A stretch of 32,000 bases of DNA, taken from NCBI RefSeq assembly GCF_000195955.2, contig NC_000962.3:1710001-1742000 (forward strand), in the 5' to 3' direction. The first letter of the stretch is position 1, and each line of letters opens with the position of its first letter. Below, one piece after another: positions 21,373-29,855 of this stretch. Below the pieces are notes generated by a model, which made no database searches, had not been told where the DNA came from, and saw nothing but the letters and a program-made list of their open reading frames with translations. The DNA is from Mycobacterium tuberculosis H37Rv. GTDB lineage: Bacteria; Actinomycetota; Actinomycetes; Mycobacteriales; Mycobacteriaceae. Position numbers and translations under genes: made by a program.

Positions 21373-22476
21373 ATGTCGGACGGCGCGGTGGTACGGGCAT
21401 TGGTATTGGAGGCGCCGCGCAGGCTGGTCGTGCGCCAGTACCGGCTGCCGCGCATCGGCGATGATGACGCACTAGTGCGAGTAGAGGCCTGCGGGCTGTG
21501 CGGCACCGATCACGAGCAATACACGGGCGAGCTGGCCGGTGGGTTTGCCTTCGTACCTGGCCACGAGACGGTCGGGACGATTGCGGCCATCGGTCCGCGG
21601 GCGGAGCAGCGGTGGGGCGTGTCGGCCGGCGACCGAGTAGCCGTCGAGGTATTCCAGTCGTGTCGGCAGTGCGCTAACTGTCGTGGCGGCGAGTACCGGC
21701 GTTGTGTACGGCATGGCCTCGCTGACATGTACGGGTTCATCCCGGTTGACCGAGAGCCTGGCCTGTGGGGCGGTTACGCCGAATATCAGTACCTGGCGCC
21801 GGATTCGATGGTGTTGCGGGTGGCCGGTGACCTCAGCCCGGAAGTGGCCACCTTGTTCAACCCGCTGGGGGCGGGAATACGTTGGGGAGTAACGATTCCC
21901 GAAACCAAACCGGGCGACGTCGTGGCGGTGCTGGGTCCAGGAATCCGGGGGCTGTGCGCCGCCGCGGCGGCAAAAGGGGCCGGTGCCGGGTTCGTGATGG
22001 TGACCGGGTTGGGACCCCGTGACGCCGACCGGTTGGCGCTGGCGGCACAGTTCGGAGCCGACCTCGCCGTCGATGTTGCGATCGATGACCCGGTCGCCGC
22101 CCTGACCGAACAGACCGGTGGGCTGGCAGACGTCGTTGTCGACGTGACCGCCAAGGCGCCAGCGGCATTCGCACAGGCGATAGCGCTAGCCCGGCCCGCC
22201 GGGACCGTTGTTGTCGCCGGCACCCGGGGCGTGGGCAGCGGGGCACCGGGATTTTCGCCCGACGTCGTTGTGTTCAAGGAGCTGCGTGTGCTTGGCGCCC
22301 TCGGCGTAGACGCCACCGCCTACCGGGCCGCGCTTGATCTGTTGGTGTCCGGTCGATACCCCTTCGCAAGCCTGCCTCGCCGCTGCGTGCGGCTCGAAGG
22401 CGCCGAGGATCTGCTGGCTACCATGGCCGGTGAACGCGACGGTGTCCCGCCTATCCACGGAGTGCTCACACCATGA
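21373..22476 (+). CDS. adh: Zinc-type alcohol dehydrogenase / MDR family oxidoreductase
   Basis: CGLCGTDHEQYTGE, GHETVGTI, structural-zinc cysteines CRQCANCRGGEYRRC, Rossmann segment VVAVLGPGIRGLCAAAAAKGAG. Confidence 0.92.
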   Translation: MSDGAVVRALVLEAPRRLVVRQYRLPRIGDDDALVRVEACGLCGTDHEQYTGELAGGFAFVPGHETVGTIAAIGPRAEQRWGVSAGDRVAVEVFQSCRQCANCRGGEYRRCVRHGLADMYGFIPVDREPGLWGGYAEYQYLAPDSMVLRVAGDLSPEVATLFNPLGAGIRWGVTIPETKPGDVVAVLGPGIRGLCAAAAAKGAGAGFVMVTGLGPRDADRLALAAQFGADLAVDVAIDDPVAALTEQTGGLADVVVDVTAKAPAAFAQAIALARPAGTVVVAGTRGVGSGAPGFSPDVVVFKELRVLGALGVDATAYRAALDLLVSGRYPFASLPRRCVRLEGAEDLLATMAGERDGVPPIHGVLTP

Positions 22477-23039
22477 CAACATCCCGCGTGCCCCTGTTGC
22501 CGGTCGACGAGGCCAAAGCTGCTGCCGACGAAGCGGGCGTGCCCGACTACATGGCTGAGCTCAGCATCTTCCAAGTGTTGCTGAATCATCCGCGACTAGC
22601 GCGGACCTTCAACGACCTGCTCGCCACCATGCTGTGGCACGGGACCCTGGACTCACGGTTGCGTGAGTTGGTGATCATGCGGATTGGTTGGCTCACCGAC
22701 TGTGACTACGAATGGACCCAACACTGGCGGGTTGCTTCAGGGCTTGGCGTGTCGGCCGACGATCTGCTCGGTGTACGGGATTGGCAAGGGTACAACGGGT
22801 TCGGGCCCGCTGAGCAGGCCGTCCTGGCGGCCACCGATGACGTGGTGCGCGAGGGCGCGGTGAGTGCGCAGAGCTGGTCGGCTTGCGAGCGGGAATTACA
22901 TTGCGACAAAGTGGTTCTCATCGAACTCGTTACGGTGATAAGCGCATGGCGAATGGTCGCTTCGATCCTGCACAGCCTCGAGGTCCCACTGGAAGACGGC
23001 GTTTCCAGCTGGCCGCCCGACGGCCTTTCGCCAAGGTGA
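22473..23039 (+). CDS. Carboxymuconolactone decarboxylase / AhpD-like protein (Rv1531-like)
   Basis: FNDLLATMLWHGTLDSRLRELVIMRIGWLTDCDYEWTQHWRVASGLGVSADDL. ATGA overlap with the upstream adh suggests translational coupling. Confidence 0.8.
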   Translation: MTTSRVPLLPVDEAKAAADEAGVPDYMAELSIFQVLLNHPRLARTFNDLLATMLWHGTLDSRLRELVIMRIGWLTDCDYEWTQHWRVASGLGVSADDLLGVRDWQGYNGFGPAEQAVLAATDDVVREGAVSAQSWSACERELHCDKVVLIELVTVISAWRMVASILHSLEVPLEDGVSSWPPDGLSPR

Positions 23040-23115
23040 CTGCGCCGAGCGTGTAACCATGGCGAGATTCCGCCGGCGATTTTTCCGCCCTGAGTGCACG
23101 TTCGGCGCAGAAGCA

Positions 23116-23550
23116 CTAGACGATCCGGTAGGTCTGCACAGCGTGAGCGACGATGTTCCCGTCGGGATCGGTTGCGGTGATCTCGGTAAAGGTGAGTTCC
23201 TTGCGGCGTCGGGCAGTGCGCGCATGACAGAGCAAGTCACACCGCTTGGCGGCGCCGGTGTACTGGATGCTCATCGCGACCGTGGCGGCGCGGGTGCCCC
23301 TGTCGAAGTCGTGGTTCGACCAAGCGGCGGCGGCACCGGCGGTGTCCATCACCGACGCGATCACCCCACCGTGAAAGTAGGTGCCGTCATTGGTGAGGTC
23401 GGTGCGAAACGGGAGTCGGATCACGACGTCGTCGGGTTCGTAGCGTTCGAACACGATGCCGAGCCCGCCGATGAACGGCGTCCTCGGCATCAGCTCACGC
23501 ACCGCCTGGCGACGTTTGTGCTGCTCTTGGGCGGTCAACGGGTCGGACAT
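23116..23550 (-). CDS. Hotdog-fold thioesterase, PaaI/acyl-CoA thioesterase-like (Rv1532c-like)
   Basis: NDGTYFHGGVIASVMDTAGAAAAWS matches the PaaI-type G-x-HGG-x(n)-D active-site region. Confidence 0.8.
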   Translation of the reverse strand: MSDPLTAQEQHKRRQAVRELMPRTPFIGGLGIVFERYEPDDVVIRLPFRTDLTNDGTYFHGGVIASVMDTAGAAAAWSNHDFDRGTRAATVAMSIQYTGAAKRCDLLCHARTARRRKELTFTEITATDPDGNIVAHAVQTYRIV

Positions 23551-23571
23551 GGCAGGTAATCTACCCTATTA

Positions 23572-23587
23572 GATTGACATATCAATC
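23572..23587. promoter_or_regulatory. Palindromic operator candidate between Rv1532c- and Rv1533-like genes
   Basis: GATTGACATATCAATC has perfect 6-bp arms. It overlaps the -35 of a + strand promoter: TTGACA (23574-23579), 17 bp, TAGCGT (23597-23602), ATG at 23610. Confidence 0.6.
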
Positions 23588-23609
23588 AATAACTCTTAGC
23601 GTCGTCGCA

Positions 23610-24737
23610 ATGCGGACCAGAGTCGCCGAGCTGCTCGGTGCTGAGTTTCCAATATGCGCGTTCAGCCACTGCCGGGATGTGGTGGCGGCGGTGTCCAATG
23701 CGGGCGGGTTCGGGATCCTCGGTGCCGTCGCACATAGCCCCAAACGGCTGGAGAGCGAGCTGACCTGGATCGAGGAGCACACGGGTGGCAAGCCGTACGG
23801 AGTCGACGTGCTGCTGCCGCCCAAATACATCGGCGCCGAGCAAGGCGGTATCGATGCCCAGCAGGCCCGGGAGCTCATACCCGAAGGGCATCGCACCTTC
23901 GTCGACGACTTGCTGGTTCGCTATGGCATCCCCGCGGTCACCGACCGGCAGCGTTCGTCCTCGGCCGGTGGGCTGCACATCTCGCCCAAGGGTTATCAGC
24001 CGTTGCTGGATGTGGCCTTCGCCCATGACATCCGGTTGATCGCCAGCGCGCTCGGGCCGCCGCCACCGGATCTCGTGGAGCGCGCCCACAACCATGACGT
24101 GCTGGTTGCCGCCCTAGCCGGCACGGCGCAGCACGCGCGGCGACACGCGGCTGCGGGTGTTGACCTGATCGTCGCGCAGGGCACCGAGGCCGGAGGCCAC
24201 ACCGGCGAGGTGGCGACCATGGTTCTGGTTCCCGAAGTCGTCGATGCGGTGTCGCCAACGCCGGTGCTGGCCGCGGGCGGGATCGCCCGTGGCCGCCAGA
24301 TCGCTGCGGCGTTGGCCCTGGGGGCGGAAGGCGTCTGGTGCGGGTCGGTCTGGTTGACCACCGAAGAAGCCGAAACGCCCCCGGTGGTCAAGGACAAGTT
24401 TCTGGCCGCAACATCCTCGGACACGGTGCGGTCCCGGTCGCTAACCGGCAAGCCGGCGCGCATGCTGCGCACGGCCTGGACCGACGAATGGGATCGGCCT
24501 GACAGCCCCGACCCGCTTGGCATGCCGCTGCAGAGCGCGCTGGTCAGCGACCCGCAGTTGCGCATCAACCAGGCCGCCGGCCAGCCCGGGGCCAAGGCTC
24601 GTGAGCTGGCGACCTACTTCGTCGGACAGGTCGTCGGCTCACTCGACCGGGTGCGGTCGGCCCGCTCGGTGGTGCTTGACATGGTCGAGGAGTTCATCGA
24701 CACCGTCGGGCAACTGCAGGGGTTGGTGCAAAGGTGA
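23610..24737 (+). CDS. Nitronate monooxygenase / 2-nitropropane dioxygenase-like FMN enzyme (Rv1533-like)
   Basis: FPICAFSHCRDVVAAVSNAGGFGILGA, DLIVAQGTEAGGHTGE, PVLAAGGIARGRQIAAALALGAEGVWCGSVWLTTEEA. Confidence 0.88.
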   Translation: MRTRVAELLGAEFPICAFSHCRDVVAAVSNAGGFGILGAVAHSPKRLESELTWIEEHTGGKPYGVDVLLPPKYIGAEQGGIDAQQARELIPEGHRTFVDDLLVRYGIPAVTDRQRSSSAGGLHISPKGYQPLLDVAFAHDIRLIASALGPPPPDLVERAHNHDVLVAALAGTAQHARRHAAAGVDLIVAQGTEAGGHTGEVATMVLVPEVVDAVSPTPVLAAGGIARGRQIAAALALGAEGVWCGSVWLTTEEAETPPVVKDKFLAATSSDTVRSRSLTGKPARMLRTAWTDEWDRPDSPDPLGMPLQSALVSDPQLRINQAAGQPGAKARELATYFVGQVVGSLDRVRSARSVVLDMVEEFIDTVGQLQGLVQR

Positions 24738-25411
24738 GCCGCGCTAGCGCGCGGCGGCGCCGAGCGGTCAGCGATGAGGACAAGTCGCAACGGCGCGACG
24801 AGATCTTGGCCGCGGCCAAAATAGTGTTTGCTCACAAGGGTTTTCATGCCACCACCGTCGCAGACATCGCCAAGCAGGCCGGCCTGGCGTACGGGCTGAT
24901 CTACTGGTACTTCGACTCCAAGGACGACTTGTTCCACGCCTTGATGGCCGGTGAAGAGGAGGCGCTGCGCGCGCATGTCGCGGCCGAACTGGCCCGCGTT
25001 GGCGGGTCTACCGAGGCGCCGCTTCGGGCCCTGTTACAGGCCGCGGTACAGGCCACGTTCGAGTTCTTCGAAACCGACAAGGCTACCGTCAAACTACTGT
25101 TCCGTGACGCTTACGCGCTTGGGGGCCGATTCGAAGAGCATCTCGGCGGAATCTACGAGCGGTTCATCGACGACATCGAAGCCGTCGTTGTTGCCGCTCA
25201 ACGGCGCGGTGAGGTTGTCGAGGCCCCGTCCCGGATGGCCGCGTACACGTTGGCGGCGCTGGTGGGGCAGTTGGCACACCGACGGCTGAATACCGACGAT
25301 AACGTCACCGCCGCCCAGGTAGCCGACTTCGTGGTGTCGCTGGTGCTAGACGGGCTGCGTCCGCGTGCACTGGCGGTCGGGGCCCGCGGTGGTCGGGCCG
25401 CCCGAACCTGA
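24734..25411 (+). CDS. TetR/AcrR family transcriptional regulator (Rv1534-like)
   Basis: RRDEILAAAKIVFAHKGFHATTVADIAKQAGLAYGLIYWYFDSKDDLFHAL is a TetR HTH. GTGA overlap with the upstream gene. Confidence 0.93.
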   Translation: MSRASARRRRAVSDEDKSQRRDEILAAAKIVFAHKGFHATTVADIAKQAGLAYGLIYWYFDSKDDLFHALMAGEEEALRAHVAAELARVGGSTEAPLRALLQAAVQATFEFFETDKATVKLLFRDAYALGGRFEEHLGGIYERFIDDIEAVVVAAQRRGEVVEAPSRMAAYTLAALVGQLAHRRLNTDDNVTAAQVADFVVSLVLDGLRPRALAVGARGGRAART

Positions 25412-25471
25412 GCAAAGGCTGCCAAATACATGGTGAACGCGTAAGGATTCGCGACACCCGCCCGGATCACG

Positions 25472-25500
25472 TTGACCGAGACGGGTAGGTCGTGCATGAT
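25472..25500 (+). promoter_or_regulatory. SigA-like promoter candidate for the M-box / Rv1535 transcript
   Basis: TTGACC (25472-25477), 17-bp spacer, CATGAT (25495-25500), immediately upstream of the M-box. Confidence 0.65.
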
Positions 25501-25513
25501 CGGTCCGGTAAGC

Positions 25514-25672
25514 ACCTCGTTAGGTGAGGCGGCTACACGAACATAGGCCACTGACCCCGAACGTCGAGAGACGCCCCGGGTCAGGACAGCTCTTCCCGGC
25601 TTAAGGGTTGAGCCCAGGTGGCTTCCGGCTTACCGGACACGTCGTGTGGTGCCGAAGCTCTGACGAGAGGGG
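25514..25672 (+). ncRNA. M-box (Mg2+-sensing, ykoK) riboswitch
   Basis: Conserved blocks CCTCGTTAGGTGAGGCGGCTACACGAACATAGGCCACTGACCCC, GAGAGACGCC...GGGTCA and GTGTGGTGCCGAAGCTCTGACGAGAGG. The 5' CCTCGT can pair with the 3' ACGAGAGG. Confidence 0.9.
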
Positions 25673-25771
25673 TGCGGATTTCCGGCAGTTGCCGGCATCT
25701 CTGTACTCCTGTGACGCGCTTTATCGTGCGGACAACCGTACGTGTCGTGGCCGTGAGGAGGTGAGGGACGC

Positions 25772-25852
25772 ATGAGTTCCGGTGACAGTCCGGACCGATA
25801 TCCGGGCTCTGTTTCGTCCCGATCCGGTTTCCGGCGCGACGTTTTGCGCTGA
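25772..25852 (+). CDS. Candidate 26-aa small ORF in the Rv1535 leader: MSSGDSPDRYPGSVSSRSGFRRDVLR
   Basis: AGGAGG at 25756-25761 and GAGGG at 25763-25767 upstream of the ATG. In-frame TGA at 25850-25852. Confidence 0.4.
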   Translation: MSSGDSPDRYPGSVSSRSGFRRDVLR

Positions 25853-25975
25853 GTCGTCAAACCAAGATCAGCCTTCTTGGATCGGAACCGCTACGGGACG
25901 GGACCAACTCGGTTCAGTCCATATGTGCTCGTTTTGATTTCCGTCCTCGCTTGCAACTCCGTCTAGGAGGCGATC

Positions 25976-26212
25976 ATGACCGCTGCTCTGCACAATGACG
26001 TAGTAACCGTAGCTTCGGCCCCCAAGCTGCGGGTGGTGCGGGATGTGCCCCCGGCCCCCGCGTCCAAGAAGGTTGCTCGCCGGCTCGACGCGCAGCCTTT
26101 CGGCACCGGAGGGGACCCGCTGGTCGACGGGGCAGCTCGTTTGCTGAGCATTCCGCTGCGCCACCTCTACGCCGCGTTGTGGCGCGTCGGGCTGCTCGAG
26201 GTCCAGGCCTAG
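25976..26212 (+). CDS. Small conserved hypothetical, 78 aa (Rv1535-like), downstream of the M-box
   Basis: SD TAGGAGG just upstream of the ATG. C-terminal LLSIPLRHLYAALWRVGLLEVQA. Preceded by a long riboswitch-containing leader. Confidence 0.8.
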   Translation: MTAALHNDVVTVASAPKLRVVRDVPPAPASKKVARRLDAQPFGTGGDPLVDGAARLLSIPLRHLYAALWRVGLLEVQA

Positions 26213-26289
26213 TCCGATGGGCAGGCAGCCGACCTTGCGCCGCGATGTGGATTTGCGGCGCTGGGCGACAATCCCCGTAGAATCAGGGG

Positions 26290-26511
26290 AACGGCATCGA
26301 TCCGGCGATCACCGGGGAGCCTTCGGAAGAACGGCCGGTTAGGCCCAGTAGAACCGAACGGGTTGGCCCGTCACAGCCTCAAGTCGAGCGGCCGCGCATC
26401 GGCGTGGCAAGCGGGGTGGTACCGCGGCGTTCGCGCACCGGCGTGGCGTCGTCCCCGAGCCTGGATTGCAGGCACGCAGTGCCGAACGGTGCTGGGGCCT
26501 GGGGAGACGAC
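26290..26511 (+). ncRNA. Ile T-box leader, translational type, upstream of ileS
   Basis: T-box core GCGGGGTGGTACCGCGGCG at 26411-26429 with TGGT bulge (26417-26420). Candidate ATC specifier at 26308-26310 between CCGG arms. GTCGTCCCC (26448-26456) can pair with the SD region GGGGAGACGAC (26501-26511). Confidence 0.9.
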
Positions 26512-26518
26512 GCGCAAA

Positions 26519-29500
26519 GTGACCGATAACGCATATCCAAAGCTGGCCGGCGGGGCACCCGACCTCCCGGCACTCGAACTCGAGGTCCTCGACTACTGGT
26601 CCCGTGACGACACCTTCCGGGCCAGCATTGCTCGCCGCGATGGCGCCCCCGAGTATGTGTTCTATGACGGGCCGCCGTTTGCCAACGGTCTGCCGCATTA
26701 TGGGCACCTGCTCACCGGCTACGTCAAAGACATCGTGCCGCGATATCGCACTATGCGCGGTTACAAGGTGGAGCGTCGCTTCGGCTGGGACACTCACGGG
26801 CTGCCCGCCGAACTCGAAGTCGAGCGCCAGCTTGGCATCACTGACAAATCCCAGATCGAGGCCATGGGTATCGCCGCCTTCAACGATGCCTGCCGCGCAT
26901 CCGTGTTGCGCTACACCGACGAGTGGCAGGCGTATGTAACTCGGCAAGCTCGCTGGGTCGACTTCGACAACGATTACAAGACGCTCGATCTGGCTTACAT
27001 GGAGTCGGTGATTTGGGCCTTCAAACAGTTGTGGGACAAGGGCCTGGCCTACGAGGGCTACCGGGTGCTGCCGTACTGCTGGCGCGACGAAACTCCGCTG
27101 TCGAATCACGAACTGCGGATGGACGACGACGTCTACCAAAGCCGCCAAGATCCCGCGGTAACGGTGGGCTTCAAGGTGGTGGGTGGCCAACCAGACAACG
27201 GGCTAGACGGTGCCTACTTGCTGGTGTGGACGACGACTCCGTGGACCCTGCCGTCGAACCTCGCAGTTGCGGTAAGCCCGGACATCACCTACGTACAGGT
27301 CCAGGCGGGCGATCGCCGTTTCGTACTGGCCGAGGCACGGCTGGCCGCTTACGCCCGCGAACTCGGTGAAGAGCCCGTGGTGCTCGGCACCTATCGCGGC
27401 GCCGAACTGCTGGGCACCCGCTACCTGCCGCCGTTTGCCTATTTCATGGACTGGCCCAACGCTTTTCAGGTGCTAGCAGGCGACTTTGTAACGACCGACG
27501 ATGGCACCGGCATCGTGCATATGGCACCGGCCTATGGTGAGGACGACATGGTGGTCGCGGAGGCGGTCGGTATCGCGCCGGTGACTCCGGTCGACTCCAA
27601 GGGACGCTTCGACGTCACCGTTGCCGATTACCAAGGGCAGCATGTCTTTGACGCCAACGCGCAGATCGTCCGGGACCTGAAGACCCAAAGCGGCCCGGCT
27701 GCGGTGAATGGCCCAGTGTTGATTCGTCACGAAACCTACGAGCACCCTTACCCACACTGCTGGCGATGCCGTAACCCGCTGATCTACCGGTCGGTGTCGT
27801 CGTGGTTCGTCAGGGTGACGGACTTCCGAGACCGCATGGTGGAGCTAAACCAGCAGATCACGTGGTATCCCGAACACGTCAAGGACGGCCAGTTCGGCAA
27901 GTGGCTGCAGGGCGCCCGCGATTGGTCGATCTCCCGGAATCGCTACTGGGGTACCCCGATTCCGGTATGGAAGTCCGACGACCCGGCCTACCCGCGCATC
28001 GATGTCTACGGCAGCCTCGACGAGCTGGAGCGCGACTTCGGCGTACGCCCGGCCAATTTGCACCGGCCCTACATCGACGAGCTCACCCGTCCCAACCCAG
28101 ACGATCCGACTGGCCGTAGCACGATGCGACGCATTCCCGATGTGCTCGACGTGTGGTTCGACTCGGGATCCATGCCGTATGCCCAGGTGCACTACCCGTT
28201 CGAGAACCTGGATTGGTTCCAGGGACACTACCCCGGCGACTTCATCGTCGAGTACATCGGGCAGACCCGTGGCTGGTTTTACACACTGCATGTGTTGGCG
28301 ACCGCGCTCTTTGACCGGCCGGCATTCAAAACCTGTGTGGCGCATGGGATTGTCCTTGGTTTCGATGGCCAGAAGATGAGCAAGTCGCTGCGCAACTATC
28401 CAGACGTAACAGAGGTGTTCGATCGCGACGGCTCCGACGCCATGCGGTGGTTCCTGATGGCATCGCCGATTCTGCGCGGCGGCAACCTGATCGTCACTGA
28501 GCAAGGAATTCGCGACGGTGTGCGACAAGTCCTGCTGCCCCTGTGGAACACCTACAGCTTCCTGGCGCTGTATGCACCGAAAGTCGGTACCTGGCGCGTC
28601 GATTCGGTGCACGTGCTGGATCGCTATATCCTGGCCAAGCTGGCGGTGCTGCGCGACGACCTCAGCGAGTCGATGGAAGTTTACGATATTCCCGGTGCCT
28701 GTGAACATTTGCGTCAGTTCACTGAGGCGTTGACTAATTGGTATGTGCGACGGTCGCGTTCGCGGTTCTGGGCAGAAGACGCCGATGCCATCGACACGCT
28801 ACACACCGTGTTGGAGGTGACCACGAGGCTGGCCGCCCCGCTGCTTCCGCTGATCACCGAGATAATCTGGCGTGGTCTGACACGCGAGCGATCGGTGCAC
28901 CTGACGGACTGGCCAGCGCCCGACCTGCTGCCGTCGGATGCCGACCTGGTCGCCGCGATGGACCAGGTCCGCGACGTGTGCTCGGCGGCATCCTCGCTGC
29001 GCAAGGCCAAGAAGCTACGGGTGCGCCTGCCGCTACCGAAACTCATTGTGGCAGTTGAGAATCCGCAACTTCTGAGGCCGTTCGTCGACCTCATTGGCGA
29101 CGAGCTTAACGTGAAGCAGGTCGAACTGACCGATGCCATCGACACCTATGGCCGATTCGAGCTCACGGTCAACGCCCGGGTAGCCGGACCACGGCTGGGC
29201 AAAGATGTGCAGGCCGCCATCAAGGCGGTCAAGGCCGGCGACGGCGTCATAAACCCGGACGGCACCTTGTTGGCGGGCCCCGCGGTGCTGACGCCCGACG
29301 AGTACAACTCCCGGCTGGTGGCCGCCGACCCGGAGTCCACCGCGGCGTTGCCCGACGGCGCCGGGCTGGTCGTTCTGGATGGCACCGTCACTGCCGAACT
29401 CGAAGCCGAGGGCTGGGCCAAAGATCGCATCCGCGAACTGCAAGAGCTGCGTAAGTCGACCGGGCTGGACGTTTCCGACCGCATCCGGGTGGTGATGTCG

Positions 29501-29644
29501 GTGCCTGCGGAACGCGAAGACTGGGCGCGCACCCATCGCGACCTCATTGCCGGAGAAATCTTGGCTACCGACTTCGAATTCGCCGACCTCGCCGATGGTG
29601 TGGCCATCGGCGACGGCGTGCGGGTAAGCATCGAAAAGACCTGA
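26519..29644 (+). CDS. ileS: Isoleucyl-tRNA synthetase, eukaryote-like type
   Basis: YYDGPPF-like [24 protein letters not shown] (HIGH-type HYGH), [23 protein letters not shown] (KMSKS). GTG start at 26519. Confidence 0.96.
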   Translation: MTDNAYPKLAGGAPDLPALELEVLDYWSRDDTFRASIARRDGAPEYVFYDGPPFANGLPHYGHLLTGYVKDIVPRYRTMRGYKVERRFGWDTHGLPAELEVERQLGITDKSQIEAMGIAAFNDACRASVLRYTDEWQAYVTRQARWVDFDNDYKTLDLAYMESVIWAFKQLWDKGLAYEGYRVLPYCWRDETPLSNHELRMDDDVYQSRQDPAVTVGFKVVGGQPDNGLDGAYLLVWTTTPWTLPSNLAVAVSPDITYVQVQAGDRRFVLAEARLAAYARELGEEPVVLGTYRGAELLGTRYLPPFAYFMDWPNAFQVLAGDFVTTDDGTGIVHMAPAYGEDDMVVAEAVGIAPVTPVDSKGRFDVTVADYQGQHVFDANAQIVRDLKTQSGPAAVNGPVLIRHETYEHPYPHCWRCRNPLIYRSVSSWFVRVTDFRDRMVELNQQITWYPEHVKDGQFGKWLQGARDWSISRNRYWGTPIPVWKSDDPAYPRIDVYGSLDELERDFGVRPANLHRPYIDELTRPNPDDPTGRSTMRRIPDVLDVWFDSGSMPYAQVHYPFENLDWFQGHYPGDFIVEYIGQTRGWFYTLHVLATALFDRPAFKTCVAHGIVLGFDGQKMSKSLRNYPDVTEVFDRDGSDAMRWFLMASPILRGGNLIVTEQGIRDGVRQVLLPLWNTYSFLALYAPKVGTWRVDSVHVLDRYILAKLAVLRDDLSESMEVYDIPGACEHLRQFTEALTNWYVRRSRSRFWAEDADAIDTLHTVLEVTTRLAAPLLPLITEIIWRGLTRERSVHLTDWPAPDLLPSDADLVAAMDQVRDVCSAASSLRKAKKLRVRLPLPKLIVAVENPQLLRPFVDLIGDELNVKQVELTDAIDTYGRFELTVNARVAGPRLGKDVQAAIKAVKAGDGVINPDGTLLAGPAVLTPDEYNSRLVAADPESTAALPDGAGLVVLDGTVTAELEAEGWAKDRIRELQELRKSTGLDVSDRIRVVMSVPAEREDWARTHRDLIAGEILATDFEFADLADGVAIGDGVRVSIEKT

Positions 29645-29658
29645 GGTCGACTGGGCGA

Positions 29659-29715
29659 CGAGCGTAACGTCACGGCTGAAAATCCGTGCCCGACTTCGCC
29701 GTGGCGTTACGCTCG
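29659..29715. repeat. Long inverted repeat / hairpin between ileS and dinX; terminator or dispersed-repeat candidate
   Basis: CGAGCGTAACGTCACGG (29659-29675) and CCGTGGCGTTACGCTCG (29699-29715): 17-bp arms, 16 Watson-Crick plus one U:G in the + strand RNA, 23-nt loop. Confidence 0.75.
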
Positions 29716-29855
29716 CGGCGCGGGGACCCGATCTCTAGGGCGTTGTCGCCCAGATCCACGTCGGCCAAGGCCGATGGCAGCGGCTGAGGTTGATCGCCAT
29801 AGCGAAAACTAGCTCGGTAGCCCCAAATAGCATCACGGGTGTGGAGTCCCGCTGG

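Noticed and set aside
21373-23039. adh plus AhpD-like pair as a novel detoxification system
   Set aside because: Translational coupling is real, but both are common families and nothing in the sequence shows a specific substrate or partner, so novelty is unsupported.
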